From assembly GCA_019636095.1 (NCBI GenBank), contig JAHBYF010000008.1:41886-105885 (forward strand): 64,000 bases of DNA. Reading direction: 5' to 3'. The notes under the pieces are model-generated. The model saw nothing but the letters and a program-made list of their open reading frames with translations. It did not search any database and was not told the origin of the DNA. The DNA is from Hyphomonadaceae bacterium (GTDB lineage: Bacteria > Pseudomonadota > Alphaproteobacteria > Caulobacterales > Aquidulcibacteraceae). Both the position numbers and the translations under genes were made by a program. Positions 1-10,098 of the stretch are shown piece after piece; position 1 is the stretch's first letter; each line of letters starts with the position of its first letter.

Positions 1-1215
1 TGCCTCGAGCGCGCCCGAAACAATGCGGCCAGCGCCGCCCGCGTTTGATGCGTTGATGTTGTAAAGGCCAGAGTCCAGCGTGGTGCGAAACGCGCCACCC
101 TGATCGGCGGCGAGGCCGTTGGGGTTTAGGAATGTCGCCAGCGGGATCTGATAGAGCGCGCGAGCGCGCCCGTTCGAGAACTGCGCCGTAAGCATGCCGT
201 CGCCTTCGAGCACCAGCCCCACGAGATCCCCCGGTGGCACGCCGTCCGCTGTCACAGAGGTGACGCCGAAGCTCTTGGCGAACTGCGTCATGCCGCTGCT
301 GAGATCCAGCGCGACGTCTTGGGCCGCCGCGCCGGTCGGCGTCGCCCAGTTGATCGTGAAGTCGCTGTCGATGTCCTGTGCTGTCGACGCGGTGCCGTGC
401 GGAGCGACGCTGGCGACGGTGCCATCTGTGTTGAACGTGACAATACCAGCCGCCAACAGGCCGCCCGTGCCGGAGCCGCCAGTGATGTTGCTGTTTGGAC
501 GCGCATAGGCTTCGACGCGCCATGTGTTTGGACCCGTCTTCAAGAAGCCGAAAGCGATGGTGCGTGCAGCGCCTAAGCTGTCGTAGATTTCCAGCGAGCT
601 TTCGAAGTGCGGCGTAATCGTCCCGGTGGCCAAGTCGCCAACGTCATAGGGGCCCTGCGCATCGGCATAATCAGCCTGCGCCGAGTTCAGGTTGGCGTTG
701 AGCCCGACGTTCTGCGTGGGTTCCGCGAGACCGCCCACCCCTGAGATATTGATCGGCTCGATCGCTGACAGCGAAGTAGGCGAGGAGGTGATGCTGCCGT
801 CACTTGCCACGGGCCAACCCTGCAAGAAAAGACCCTGCGCGTTGACCATGTAGCCATCGGCGTCGATCGTGAACGAACCAGCGCGCGTGAACAGCACCGA
901 ACCGCCGTTCGAGAGTTGCTGGTTGTTTGTGGAGACGATGAAGAAGCCGTCGCCGGAGATCGCCATGTCCGTCGAAGAGCGCGATTGCTCAAGCGAACCC
1001 TGCAGCGAAATCTGCTGGCGCGTCAGCGGCAGCACGCCGCCGGCGTTGTAAGTTGTGTTCGAGTTCTGCGCATTGACCAGCGCCGAGAAATCGACGCCCG
1101 AGCGCTTGTAGCCAACGGTGTTCACGTTGGCGATGTTGTCGGAAATAACGGCAAGGGCGCTTGAATTGGCGGTGAGGCCAGAAACGCCCGCGCGCAGGGC
1201 GGTGTAAATAGACAT
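1..1215 (-). CDS. flgE: Flagellar hook protein FlgE (C-terminal end cut by the window edge)
   Basis: Absent from the ORF track because it runs off the left edge. The reverse complement of 1201-1215 reads ATG TCT ATT TAC ACC and continues MSIYTALRAGVSGLTANSSALAVISDNIANVNTVGYKR..., the canonical rod/hook N-terminal motif. The frame is open to position 1 and lies directly downstream of flgD. Confidence 0.9.
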   Translation of the reverse strand, partial: MSIYTALRAGVSGLTANSSALAVISDNIANVNTVGYKRSGVDFSALVNAQNSNTTYNAGGVLPLTRQQISLQGSLEQSRSSTDMAISGDGFFIVSTNNQQLSNGGSVLFTRAGSFTIDADGYMVNAQGLFLQGWPVASDGSITSSPTSLSAIEPINISGVGGLAEPTQNVGLNANLNSAQADYADAQGPYDVGDLATGTITPHFESSLEIYDSLGAARTIAFGFLKTGPNTWRVEAYARPNSNITGGSGTGGLLAAGIVTFNTDGTVASVAPHGTASTAQDIDSDFTINWATPTGAAAQDVALDLSSGMTQFAKSFGVTSVTADGVPPGDLVGLVLEGDGMLTAQFSNGRARALYQIPLATFLNPNGLAADQGGAFRTTLDSGLYNINASNAGGAGRIVSGALEA

Positions 1216-1330
1216 GTGTCCCAGCTCCATCGCCGCGTGCGTCCCACCGAACGCGGCTCAAGGGTTTTGTTATTGATGGAGCGCTTCTGCGCCGTTGGCA
1301 GCGCTCGCATTCGGCGAGCGCTTTCACTTG

Positions 1331-1993
1331 TCAGCCGTTCTGAAGCACTGAGCGGATTGTGCTCAAGTCACGTGTGCCAGAGGGCGTGATGACGACGGGC
1401 GTCGTACCGCTGAAGTCTACGCCCATAATGGTTTCGCGAACGCTGATTGTCGGTGTCAGCGAGGTCCCGGCGCTGTTTTTGGCGTCGATGACAATTTGAT
1501 AGACGCCATCTGCGGCAGTGGAGCCGTCGGCCTTCGTGCCATCCCACGTGAACAGGTGCTCACCGGCGCCGCGCGCCTCGGTGGTGGTCGAATAGACGGT
1601 GCGGCCCTGCATATCTTTCACCGAGATCGTCATCTCGGTCGCTGCCTCCGGCAGACGATACGCCCAATTTGCGGCGCCGCCTGCGAGATAGGTCTCGTTG
1701 GCGGAAATGATCGCGTCTTTGCCCAGATAGGAGAGGGCGGCGCCAGCGCTGGCTGCTTGGTATTGTCCTACCAGGCCTTCAAGCTGCTCGTTGGTGCGGA
1801 TCTGCTGCTCGACCTGGCTGAATTGCACCAGTTGTTGCGTGAACTGCGTCGAATCCATCGGCGCTAGAGGATCCTGGTTCTGCAATTGCGCGGTCAGCAA
1901 AACCAAGAACGTGTCGTAATTGTCTGACAGTCGCGTGCGCGAGTTCGCCGCTTCCGATGTCGTTGCTGTGACATCTATGCCTGAGACAGTCAT
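1331..1993 (-). CDS. flgD: Flagellar hook capping/assembly protein FlgD
   Basis: 220 aa. DNYDTFLVLLTAQLQNQDPLAPMDSTQFTQQLVQFSQVEQ is the FlgD signature. Lies between fliK and flgE. Confidence 0.9.
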   Translation of the reverse strand: MTVSGIDVTATTSEAANSRTRLSDNYDTFLVLLTAQLQNQDPLAPMDSTQFTQQLVQFSQVEQQIRTNEQLEGLVGQYQAASAGAALSYLGKDAIISANETYLAGGAANWAYRLPEAATEMTISVKDMQGRTVYSTTTEARGAGEHLFTWDGTKADGSTAADGVYQIVIDAKNSAGTSLTPTISVRETIMGVDFSGTTPVVITPSGTRDLSTIRSVLQNG

Positions 1994-2003
1994 TGTATAG
2001 TCC

Positions 2004-3473
2004 TCAAACCATCATATCGACACGCACGCCGCGCCACCGTTCGTAACCGATCGGTCGCGCGACAGGCGCTGCTTGCTGTTCTTGCTGTGGCGCCGAGACA
2101 GACGCTTCACCGCGAGCGCTGGAGTTGCTTTGCTCGCTGTTCTCGCCGCCCTGCGCGCCCTGGCGCAGGTCGAACGAAAGCCCGTTGTCACTCAGTTGTA
2201 ACCCAGCGGATTGCAGTTGCTGCTCTAGGTCTCGCGCATGCCGTGCGAGTTCGGTCAGAGCTTGCGGGTTATCGGCGGTGATGAGTGCCGTTACGCGGTT
2301 GTCGCGCGTCACTTCCATGCGAACGTCGACCCGGCCGAGATCGGCTGGATCCAGCCGCAACTCAAAACTCGTCGCTCCACCGGAGAAGCGCCGGATGATT
2401 TCGTGTCCAACCTGTGCTGCTAGCGGCACTGTGCGCTGGGCGCTTGCATCCGCAGCTGCGTGCTGCACATGGGTTGTGGTTTGCGCAGCGGTCGTCGTGA
2501 TCGTGTTGCTCTGCGCCGATTGCGTTGGCTCCGGCGAGCTGTCTTGCGTGAGCAGCACCGGGGCTATTGCGCTCTTCGCGCTGCCGTTGTCGCTTGCCTT
2601 TGGCGCCGTAGCCTTAACGTTGGCCGGCGCCTCGCTCTTCGCATCGCTATCGGTCGCGAGCGCTTTGGCCTCGACCTGTTGCTTCGCATCCTTGCTGGTG
2701 CGGGGTCCATTCGCTGGCTGCGTGGCGGGTTGCGGAAGGGGCGAGGTTGTGGCCGCGATCGCCTGTTGCAGCACCTCCAGTGACGCTTCACTCGCAACTG
2801 GAGCTGTCTGCGGCGGCGGAGCCGAAATTTGTGATGTCACAACAGGTGGCGGCGCTGCCGGAGTTTGCGCTGCCGGAGTTTGCGGCGCGCTGAGTTGCGC
2901 GTGCTGTTGCGGTGGTCGAACGTCGGCAGGGCGTTCGCTCTTGTCTGCGTTCGCCTCGCTCTGATCGGCGGGTTGAGCAGTTGCCCCATCTTCACCAGGC
3001 GCCTCTGCCCCACTGGGCGCGTCTAATGACGGAACTTGTGGCGCCGCAACCGGAGCCACGGTGTTCGCTTCGCCATCTTGCGGCTGAGCTTGCGCTTGCG
3101 GCTGTTGCTGTGAAGGCTGTGAAGCAACGATTTGCACAATGACTGGGGCGGTCAACGGAGGGGGTGCAGCTGGCTGCGGACCGCCAAGCAGTGCGACCTC
3201 GGAGTCAATCGTTTCGTCCTGATCCGATTGGTCCGGTGTGTCTTCGTTTGCCGCCGCCTTCGTCTGCGTGCTTGATGCTTTGTCTTTCTTTTCGTTACGT
3301 GGCGCAGGCGCAGGGCGCTCCGGCGGCGGCTCGTCCATCGCGTCGAGGTGATCGCTAAATGTCTGGCCGTTGTCGTCGGTATTCGCAACGCGAGCCGCCC
3401 GCGTCGGCGGCGGCGTGACAGCGTCGAGAACTGGCTCCGGTGCGAAATCCATAAGGTCCCCCGCCGGTCGCAC
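2004..3473 (-). CDS. fliK: Flagellar hook-length control protein FliK
   Basis: Pro/Ala/Gln-rich low-complexity centre. The C-terminal FELRLDPADLGRVDVRMEVTRDNRVTALITADNPQALTELARHARDLEQQL matches the Flg_hook domain. Start is GTG 3473 or ATG 3452 (GGGGGA 4-5 nt upstream). Confidence 0.75.
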   Translation of the reverse strand: MRPAGDLMDFAPEPVLDAVTPPPTRAARVANTDDNGQTFSDHLDAMDEPPPERPAPAPRNEKKDKASSTQTKAAANEDTPDQSDQDETIDSEVALLGGPQPAAPPPLTAPVIVQIVASQPSQQQPQAQAQPQDGEANTVAPVAAPQVPSLDAPSGAEAPGEDGATAQPADQSEANADKSERPADVRPPQQHAQLSAPQTPAAQTPAAPPPVVTSQISAPPPQTAPVASEASLEVLQQAIAATTSPLPQPATQPANGPRTSKDAKQQVEAKALATDSDAKSEAPANVKATAPKASDNGSAKSAIAPVLLTQDSSPEPTQSAQSNTITTTAAQTTTHVQHAAADASAQRTVPLAAQVGHEIIRRFSGGATSFELRLDPADLGRVDVRMEVTRDNRVTALITADNPQALTELARHARDLEQQLQSAGLQLSDNGLSFDLRQGAQGGENSEQSNSSARGEASVSAPQQEQQAAPVARPIGYERWRGVRVDMMV

Positions 3474-3501
3474 TTGTCCCGCGCCCAGCCCGCGACCCCG
3501 A

Positions 3502-3516
3502 GCAAGCCGCGGGCCA
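3502..3516 (-). promoter_or_regulatory. Sigma-54 type -24/-12 promoter for fliK-flgD-flgE
   Basis: The minus strand reads TGGCCC-GCGGC-TTGC, matching the TGGCAC-N5-TTGC spacing exactly. It lies ~30-50 nt upstream of the fliK start. Confidence 0.6.
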
Positions 3517-3522
3517 AGCCGC

Positions 3523-3562
3523 TAACTATGATAAAAGTGCTATAAAACAATATGCTAGAAGA
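3523..3562. promoter_or_regulatory. AT-rich patch, possible IHF bending site
   Basis: ctaactatgataaaagtgctataaaacaatatgctagaag is the only AT-rich stretch in a GC-rich spacer. It sits between the fliK sigma-54 promoter and the 3612-3630 palindrome. Confidence 0.3.
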
Positions 3563-3611
3563 TGGCGCTGGACCGGTTGCGCCTCGCCGGACGGCAATTT
3601 CAGCCGCCTCA

Positions 3612-3630
3612 CCAGGCAGGTTCTGCCGGG
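3612..3630. promoter_or_regulatory. ftr-like 19-bp palindrome (candidate FlbD/NtrC-type enhancer site)
   Basis: CCAGGC-AGGTTCT-GCCGGG, the same CCNGGC-N7-GCCGGG design as the two sites at 3775-3814. It lies ~100 bp upstream of the minus-strand promoter. Confidence 0.5.
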
Positions 3631-3640
3631 CGATTAACCT

Positions 3641-3655
3641 TGGCCCCGAGCTTGC
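3641..3655 (+). promoter_or_regulatory. Sigma-54 type -24/-12 promoter for flgK-flgL
   Basis: TGGCCC-CGAGC-TTGC on the plus strand with correct GG/GC spacing, ~170 nt upstream of the flgK ATG. Confidence 0.6.
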
Positions 3656-3774
3656 GTGGTGAATGCGCGACGCATTCTGCGCGAGCCCTTTGGTTCGCGT
3701 CGGAAGTAGGGGAGAAAGCGTGTTGTTTCATACGCTTAGATTCACTTCGCGCGTGTTCTGCGCGCTCTTCCGCG

Positions 3775-3814
3775 CCCGGCAGATTTCGCCGGGCGCCGGG
3801 CGCCATTTGCCGGG
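3775..3814. promoter_or_regulatory. Two tandem ftr-like 19-bp palindromes
   Basis: CCCGGC-AGATTTC-GCCGGG (3775-3793) and CCGGGC-GCCATTT-GCCGGG (3796-3814), just upstream of the flgK start codon. Confidence 0.5.
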
Positions 3815-3823
3815 GGCGCACGC

Positions 3824-5983
3824 ATGGCCGGCCTGACCAGCGTTCTTCTGTCAGGTCTCTCGGGCCTGCGTGCTGCGCAGACTGGCGTCGCCACCGTTTC
3901 GCAGAACATCGCCAACGCCAACACGCCCGGCTACGTCCGAACCGAGATGACGCTTGCGCCGCGCACGCAGATCGGTGCGGGCGCGGGCGTGGAAATCACC
4001 GGCATTAAGCGCGCTGCCGACCGCTTCCTCGCCACTGCAAGTTACATCGCCGCCGCATCAGCGGGGTCGGCTTCGGTGCGCGCCGACTTGCTGTCACGCG
4101 CTCAGGAATATTTTGGTGACCCTTCCAGTTCGTCGTCCATGTTTGGCATGGTGGATGAGTATTGGTCGGCGCTGACCGAACTCGGCGTCGATCCATCCTC
4201 AAGCTTGCGCCGCTCCGACGCTGTCAGCGCTCTGCAAGGTACCTATGACGAAATTCATCGCATCGGAGACTCACTTCAGGACCTGATTGGCGAAGCTGAC
4301 CAACGCATAGGCGACGCCGTGTCCGAGGCGCAAAATCTCATCAATCGCATCGCAGAATTGAATAACGAGATTCGACTCAACAAGCGCACGGGAACCGACA
4401 CCAGTTCAGCTGAGAACGCGCAATCGGCGCTCATAGATCAATTGTCGGAACTCATGGACGTTCGGGCGACGCCTCAGTCAGATGGTAGCGTGCACGTGCG
4501 CACGAGCGGCGGCGCGCTTCTGGTTGGCGTAACGCCTGCGAAGCTCAGCTATACGCCAAACCCCTCGCCCTATGCCACGCACGGCGTCATCACGCTGAAT
4601 GAAGACATCGGTTCGAACACCAATATTGAGTCCTTCATCACCGGCGGCACGATAAAGGGTCTGCTGCAAGCACGCGACGTCGATCTGCCGGGGCTAGCGG
4701 AAGCACTCGGCGGCTACGCCGGTGCGCTCGCAGATGCGATGAATGCGGTTCACAACGAAAACGCGTCTTCGCCGGCCGTCTCATCGATGACGGGCCGTCA
4801 GACTGGTTTGCTCAGTACTGACGCGCTCAATTTCACCGGAACGGCGATGATTGCCATCACCGATTCGGATGGCGTCCTGCGTGATCGTCTCACTATCGAC
4901 TTCGACGCTCAGACAATCACTTCTGAAGCGCCGCCGAATACTGTTTCGTTCGCTGGCGGCGGCACCATTGGCGATTTTGTGGATGCGCTGAACACAGCGC
5001 TCGGGTCTGAGACACCTTCCGGCAGCGCGTCGTTTGCCAATGGCGTCCTCTCGCTCAACCTAACGGGCCAAGGCGGCATCGTCATTCAGCAAGATAGCGC
5101 CGATCCCGCCCTTAGGGCAGGGCGCGGCTTTTCGCACTTCTTCGGGTTGAACGATCTTGTCTCGCGCCCGACGCCGCTCTTCTTTGAAAGCGGCATCAGG
5201 GGCACGGATCTGCACGGCTTCGCCGACAATGGCGTGATCCAATACCAGATTCGAGATACGCAAGGCCGTTTCATCGCTGATCGCACAATATCGATCACAG
5301 GTTCGCTCGCCGCACCCGGCGCAACGTGGAACGATCTGCTGTCGGCGCTTAACGCGCCCGGCACTGGTCTCGGCGAGTACGGCACATTCTCGCTAAACTC
5401 CGCGACAGGACAGATAACCTTCGCGCCCAACGCGGCGTTCGATGTTGAACTCGTCAACGACTCCACGCAACGCGGTGATACTGGCGTTGCGTTTTCCGCC
5501 ATCCACGGACTCGACCCCGCGGCCACCGCGGGCCGCGCCACTGAAATCGACGTCAATGCGCTCATCGCTAGCGACACGTCGCGCCTTGCAGTTGGCCGTC
5601 CAAATCTCTCGGTCAATCTCGGCGCCAAAGTCATTGAGGCCGGCGACAATCGTGGCGCCAACGCACTTGCCGCTGCGCGCGACGCGATGCGCACTTTCGG
5701 TGCTGCTGGCGTGCTCGGCGCCCAATCTGGCACGCTTGCCACCTACGCCTCGCGCCTTGGGGGCGAAGCCGGGCGCCTCGCCAGCGATGCCGAGCGTCAA
5801 TCGACCGGCGCCGCTGCAGTCGCCACCGCTGCTGCGGACCGTCGCGGCGAACAAGAGAGCGTCAGCATCGACGATGAGCTGATGAAAATGACGACCTACC
5901 AAAACGCCTACGCTGCTGCTGCGCGCGTGATCCAGGCTGCAACCGAGATGCTCGATGTGCTCATGACCATCGGCTACCGCTAA
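3824..5983 (+). CDS. flgK: Flagellar hook-associated protein 1 FlgK
   Basis: 719 aa. N-terminal LSGLRAAQTGVATVSQNIANANTPGYVR (rod/hook N motif). C-terminal DELMKMTTYQNAYAAAARVIQAATEMLDVLM is typical of FlgK. Confidence 0.9.
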   Translation: MAGLTSVLLSGLSGLRAAQTGVATVSQNIANANTPGYVRTEMTLAPRTQIGAGAGVEITGIKRAADRFLATASYIAAASAGSASVRADLLSRAQEYFGDPSSSSSMFGMVDEYWSALTELGVDPSSSLRRSDAVSALQGTYDEIHRIGDSLQDLIGEADQRIGDAVSEAQNLINRIAELNNEIRLNKRTGTDTSSAENAQSALIDQLSELMDVRATPQSDGSVHVRTSGGALLVGVTPAKLSYTPNPSPYATHGVITLNEDIGSNTNIESFITGGTIKGLLQARDVDLPGLAEALGGYAGALADAMNAVHNENASSPAVSSMTGRQTGLLSTDALNFTGTAMIAITDSDGVLRDRLTIDFDAQTITSEAPPNTVSFAGGGTIGDFVDALNTALGSETPSGSASFANGVLSLNLTGQGGIVIQQDSADPALRAGRGFSHFFGLNDLVSRPTPLFFESGIRGTDLHGFADNGVIQYQIRDTQGRFIADRTISITGSLAAPGATWNDLLSALNAPGTGLGEYGTFSLNSATGQITFAPNAAFDVELVNDSTQRGDTGVAFSAIHGLDPAATAGRATEIDVNALIASDTSRLAVGRPNLSVNLGAKVIEAGDNRGANALAAARDAMRTFGAAGVLGAQSGTLATYASRLGGEAGRLASDAERQSTGAAAVATAAADRRGEQESVSIDDELMKMTTYQNAYAAAARVIQAATEMLDVLMTIGYR

Positions 5984-5994
5984 GAGTGAAGTAG

Positions 5995-6924
5995 ATGTCT
6001 GCCAGTACGCCGCTCAACGCCCGTTTCTTCACCCGCGCTCAAGGCGATGTGCGCCGTATCACCGGCGAACTTGGAAGCCTGCAAGCGCAGATCGCTTCAG
6101 GCGCCAAAGCCAATTCATTGCAGGGTTTCGGCAGCGCGTCGAGCCGCATACTCAGCGCATCGAGCATGCGCGCGCAGACGGACTCCCGCGCTTCGGTCCT
6201 TAATCAGCTTGAAGCGCGCTTTGGCGTGCAGGGGGCGGCGCTCGGCCAGGTGTCGGACGCTACGCAGTCGCTGGCCCAAGTTATTCGCGAAGCGATCAGC
6301 GCCAACGATGGCCGTGGTATTTCCACCGAGCTCGAACTTGCCTTCAACAGCATTGTCTCGGCGTTGAATGAAACCTGGAACGGCCAGCCATTGTTCGCAG
6401 GCGAACGCCAGAATGGTTCGCCCATACAGGTGACGTCGCTCGATCAACTCGCTGTTACGGTTCAGCCGGATGAGTTGTTTGACGAGGCGGACCGTTCACA
6501 GGTTATCGATTTGGGTGATGGCGCGCCGATCAAGCTCGCGTCAAAAGCGTCCGAACTGTCCACCGATCTCTTCAACACGTTGCGACAGCTCAAGTTCATT
6601 CTCGATGGCGCAGGCGGCACGCTTGGGTCACCGATGACTGGCGCCTACACCGCGACGTTGCAAAACATCGCAGCGGACCTCGACAACCACGCCAAGGACT
6701 TCGTCACCGAAGAAGGCCGAACCGGGCAGTTGCAAAAGCGCTTCGAAGATGATCGCTTGCGCCTTGAGGCGCGCTCGGATCTCCTGAGCAAGGAGATCGG
6801 CGATCAAACCGATGCCGATCTCGCTGAGGTCTCAATCCGCCTGAACACGCTGTTGGCTCAGTACCAAGCTGCCGCCAAGACCTTCGCCGACCTCTCGCAC
6901 CTTAGCCTGTTGAACTACCTCTAG
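5995..6924 (+). CDS. flgL: Flagellar hook-associated protein 3 FlgL
   Basis: 309 aa flagellin-like protein directly after flgK. C-terminal LAEVSIRLNTLLAQYQAAAKTFADLSHLSLLNYL matches the flagellin C-terminal helix pattern. Confidence 0.85.
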   Translation: MSASTPLNARFFTRAQGDVRRITGELGSLQAQIASGAKANSLQGFGSASSRILSASSMRAQTDSRASVLNQLEARFGVQGAALGQVSDATQSLAQVIREAISANDGRGISTELELAFNSIVSALNETWNGQPLFAGERQNGSPIQVTSLDQLAVTVQPDELFDEADRSQVIDLGDGAPIKLASKASELSTDLFNTLRQLKFILDGAGGTLGSPMTGAYTATLQNIAADLDNHAKDFVTEEGRTGQLQKRFEDDRLRLEARSDLLSKEIGDQTDADLAEVSIRLNTLLAQYQAAAKTFADLSHLSLLNYL

Positions 6925-7043
6925 CACAACTTGAGCGCTTTCAGCGGTCGCCGCCGCGGTGATCGCTTGCGAAACCTAGCCACGCAGGTCATATCCCCAC
7001 CTTGAATTTCGTTCCGGACCTTGAATCCGGGAGGGGATAGAAG

Positions 7044-8198
7044 ATGACCATGCTCGACGCCGCGCCGCCAAAGGCGCGCCCTCTCAATTCACTTGGGCTA
7101 GCCAAACCGCCCAGCGAAACCCGCGTTGTCGCCGCGATGTCCGGCGGCGTGGATTCCTCCGTCGTCGCCGCGATGCTAAAGCGCCAAGGCTACGACGTCG
7201 TCGGCGTGACCTTGCAGCTCTATGACCACGGCGCCGCCGTCAACAAGCCGGGCGCCTGCTGCGCCGGCCAAGACATCCACGATGCGCGCCGCGTCGCCGA
7301 CGCCATGGGTTTTCCGCACTATGTACTCGATTACGAAAGCCGCTTCCGTCACGCCGTGATGGAAGACTTCGCCGACACCTATCTCGCGGGGGCCACACCC
7401 ATCCCGTGCGTGCGCTGCAATCAAACCGTGAAGTTCAAGGATCTAAAGCGCGTCGCCGAAGACCTCGGCGCCGATTGCCTCGCTACCGGCCATTACGTGC
7501 AACGCATCGAAGGCGAGAACGGCGCTGAACTTCACCGCGCCGCCGACGCTAGCAAGGATCAAACCTACTTTCTGTTCGCGACCACGCGCGATCAGCTCAA
7601 CTATCTGCGCTTTCCGCTCGGCGGCTTGCCGAAGAGCGAAACCCGTGCGCTCGCCAACGAGCTTGGCCTGCGCGTCGCCGAGAAGCCCGATAGCCAGGAC
7701 ATCTGCTTCGTCCCAAACGGCAAGTACCAGGCGATTGTCGAAAAGCTCCGACCAGGCGCGATTGAGCCGGGAGAGATTGTTCACGTCGATGGCCGCGTCA
7801 TGGGTGAGCACAATGGCGTTATTAATTTCACCGTCGGCCAACGCCGCGGCCTCGGCATCGCCACCGGCGAGCCGCTCTTCGTCGTGAAGCTGGACGCTGC
7901 GAAGAAGCGCGTTATCGTCGGCCCGCGCGAAGAACTCGGCGTGACGCGCATTGCACTTAAGGAAGTGAACTGGATCGGCGAGCCCGTCGCCAGCGAAGAC
8001 GAACTCGATGGCCGTGAAGTCCTCGTGCGCGTCCGCTCCACACGTCCGCCCGTTCCCGCCAAGCTCAGCATCGGCGCCGGCTGGAGCGTCTTGCTTGACG
8101 CGCCGGAAGAGGGCGTAGCCCCCGGCCAAGCCGCCGTGTTCTACGACGCACAATCCACGCGCGTCCTCGGTGGCGGCTGGATCATGAGCACGGCATGA
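7044..8198 (+). CDS. mnmA: tRNA 2-thiouridine(34) synthase MnmA
   Basis: [31 protein letters not shown] (PP-loop) and [30 protein letters not shown]; 384 aa. Confidence 0.95.
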   Translation: MTMLDAAPPKARPLNSLGLAKPPSETRVVAAMSGGVDSSVVAAMLKRQGYDVVGVTLQLYDHGAAVNKPGACCAGQDIHDARRVADAMGFPHYVLDYESRFRHAVMEDFADTYLAGATPIPCVRCNQTVKFKDLKRVAEDLGADCLATGHYVQRIEGENGAELHRAADASKDQTYFLFATTRDQLNYLRFPLGGLPKSETRALANELGLRVAEKPDSQDICFVPNGKYQAIVEKLRPGAIEPGEIVHVDGRVMGEHNGVINFTVGQRRGLGIATGEPLFVVKLDAAKKRVIVGPREELGVTRIALKEVNWIGEPVASEDELDGREVLVRVRSTRPPVPAKLSIGAGWSVLLDAPEEGVAPGQAAVFYDAQSTRVLGGGWIMSTA

Positions 8199-8830
8199 TT
8201 GAATTTCGTCCAAAGGGTCCGCTGCTCCGGGCGGGCGAGGATCCACCGGGCCGATGGGTTGACGATCCCGCGCTCGGGCACCGCGTCTGGAGGGGCAAAA
8301 CTTATTGGCACACGAAGCACGGCCCTGCGACCGCACAATGGAGTCTCGGGAGCATATCATTCGTCTGGAACGTGATCCTGCCAAACGGCTCGCGCGTTGA
8401 CGCAATCTCGATGAACCCCGCAAGCCGTCTTTTCCGACGTCTCGTTGCGGATGGCTATGAATACGGTGAAGTCGAAGTAAACGCTGAGGACGCGACGTTC
8501 ACTCCCAAAGCTGTGCCGGCATTGGAAGTCAATGAAGCCGTACGCGGCCTATTTGACGCGCTCGTCAGTGAGGAGGCTTTTTTGACGGACATTCGTCAAA
8601 TCGATTTAGCCCGCGCTCTGTACTCCGTTCTCGAGAACGCCACTTTCACCCATTCCGGCAAGCGGTACGAGTTCGGCCAGCGCAGCGCTGGTCACTTCGT
8701 CGCCGCGCTTCGCAGGAATGGCGAAGTGTATTTAGACTTTGCGTGGTCGGGAAACCACGAACCTGCCGACGTCGCCAGGATTAGAGAACACTTCAAACGT
8801 CTTGGCATCACCCTGGTCGGCCCTTCATGA
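8195..8830 (+). CDS. Hypothetical protein
   Basis: 211 aa. The ATG overlaps the mnmA stop (ATGA at 8195-8198), and its stop overlaps the next start (ATGA 8827-8830). No motif recognised. Confidence 0.6.
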   Translation: MIEFRPKGPLLRAGEDPPGRWVDDPALGHRVWRGKTYWHTKHGPATAQWSLGSISFVWNVILPNGSRVDAISMNPASRLFRRLVADGYEYGEVEVNAEDATFTPKAVPALEVNEAVRGLFDALVSEEAFLTDIRQIDLARALYSVLENATFTHSGKRYEFGQRSAGHFVAALRRNGEVYLDFAWSGNHEPADVARIREHFKRLGITLVGPS

Positions 8831-9585
8831 CCATCGACGAACAAGCGCGCGCACTCTTGAAAGAGGTGATGACGCCCAAGCGCCGTGCGCGCCAACGCAT
8901 CGCTGAGCCGCTGCGCGACGCGCAGCCGCACGAGATCGAAACGTCGGCGGGCAAGATCGCCGCTTGGCGCTACGGCGAAGGGCCGGCGGTGCTGCTCGTG
9001 CACGGCTGGCAGGATGACAACTCGCTTTGGAGCCCGCTCATCTCCGCGCTCGCCGAACTTGGCATTGCCAGCGTCGCCTTCGATCTCCCAGGCCATGGCT
9101 TCTCCGGCGGCGAGACCTGTTCGCCAACGGTCGCCGCGCAAGCGGTGCTGCACGTCGCAGAAAAGCTCGGGCCTATCGATGCCGTCGTCACGCACTCCTT
9201 CGGCGGCCCAGTTACCGGCTTCGCTTTGCTTAACGGTTTCGCGCCGCGCCGCATCGCGCTGATCGCGCCGCCGCGCGGGCGCAACAGACGCTGGTTCGAC
9301 TTCGCGGAGGAACGCGGCATTTCAACAGATGTCGTCCATCGCGCACGTGAAATTTACGCCGCTGAAGCCGGCCTGCAGGCCAGCTTCGATCTAGCAGAAG
9401 TCGCCAGCCCCATCGAAACGCTTGTCCTTCACTCGATGGATGACGACGCCGTCGAATGGGAGAATGGCGAAGCCATCGCCCAGCAATGGCCCAACGCCGA
9501 ACTCGTGCTCTGTGATGGCCTGGGTCACCGCATGATCGCGCAAGACCGCAGCGTGATCGAACGCATCGTCAATTTCGTCGCATAG
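8827..9585 (+). CDS. Alpha/beta hydrolase fold protein
   Basis: LLVHGWQDD (oxyanion HG), VTHSFGG (nucleophile elbow GxSxG variant) and C-terminal GLGHRM (catalytic His region). Confidence 0.8.
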   Translation: MTIDEQARALLKEVMTPKRRARQRIAEPLRDAQPHEIETSAGKIAAWRYGEGPAVLLVHGWQDDNSLWSPLISALAELGIASVAFDLPGHGFSGGETCSPTVAAQAVLHVAEKLGPIDAVVTHSFGGPVTGFALLNGFAPRRIALIAPPRGRNRRWFDFAEERGISTDVVHRAREIYAAEAGLQASFDLAEVASPIETLVLHSMDDDAVEWENGEAIAQQWPNAELVLCDGLGHRMIAQDRSVIERIVNFVA

Positions 9586-9600
9586 TCGAGAGGCAAATCC

Positions 9601-10098
9601 ATGAGCCACGATCACGCCGCCGTCGCCAAGGAGCTGGCTCAGATGAACGGCCTTGAGGCGATGCGCGCACTCATCGCTGGAAAATTTCCACCGCCTTCGA
9701 TCGCGACAACGTTGGGCTTTCAGCTTGCTGAAGTCGACGATGGCCGTGCTGTATTTTTGGGCGATCCTTCGGACCGGATCATGAACCCGCTGGGGGTTGT
9801 GCACGGCGGATGGGCATTAACGCTGATCGATAGCTGCTGCGGGTGCGCGGCGCACACAACTTTGGCGCCGGGACTCGGCTACACCACGGTCGAAACCAAA
9901 GTGAATTTCGTCCGCGCGATCGCGCCAAACATCGGCCGAGTACGCGCGGAGGGGGTTGTGATAGCGCGCGGACGCACCATCATAACAACCGAAGGCAAGC
10001 TCACGGATTCACGCGGACGCCTGTTGGCGCACGGCACATCGACGCTTATTGTGCTCCGCCCAGAACGCGCAGAGAAAGTAGGGAACGCCCAACAATGA
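9601..10098 (+). CDS. PaaI-family hotdog-fold thioesterase
   Basis: 165 aa. NPLGVVHGGWALTLIDSCCGCAAHT and GRVRAEGVVIARGRTIITTEGKL are typical of PaaI/YigI-type thioesterases. Confidence 0.8.
   Translation: MSHDHAAVAKELAQMNGLEAMRALIAGKFPPPSIATTLGFQLAEVDDGRAVFLGDPSDRIMNPLGVVHGGWALTLIDSCCGCAAHTTLAPGLGYTTVETKVNFVRAIAPNIGRVRAEGVVIARGRTIITTEGKLTDSRGRLLAHGTSTLIVLRPERAEKVGNAQQ

Noticed and set aside
6925-7043. Possible R-like copy in the flgL-mnmA spacer (cacaac...gagcg...cggtcgc...cctagc in R order)
   Set aside because: Only 5-7-mers common in GC-rich DNA match, and the whole central part is missing. I treat it as a calibration of my false-positive rate, not as a copy.
9843-10094. Long upstream extensions of track ORFs (9843, 10991, 34034, 34129, 44258, 45562, 47127, 51524, 15231, 41062, 42131)
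   Set aside because: The extensions overlap neighbouring genes or R repeats and translate to Arg-rich junk. Internal starts with Shine-Dalgarno-like sequences, ATGA coupling or signal peptides give family-typical N-termini.
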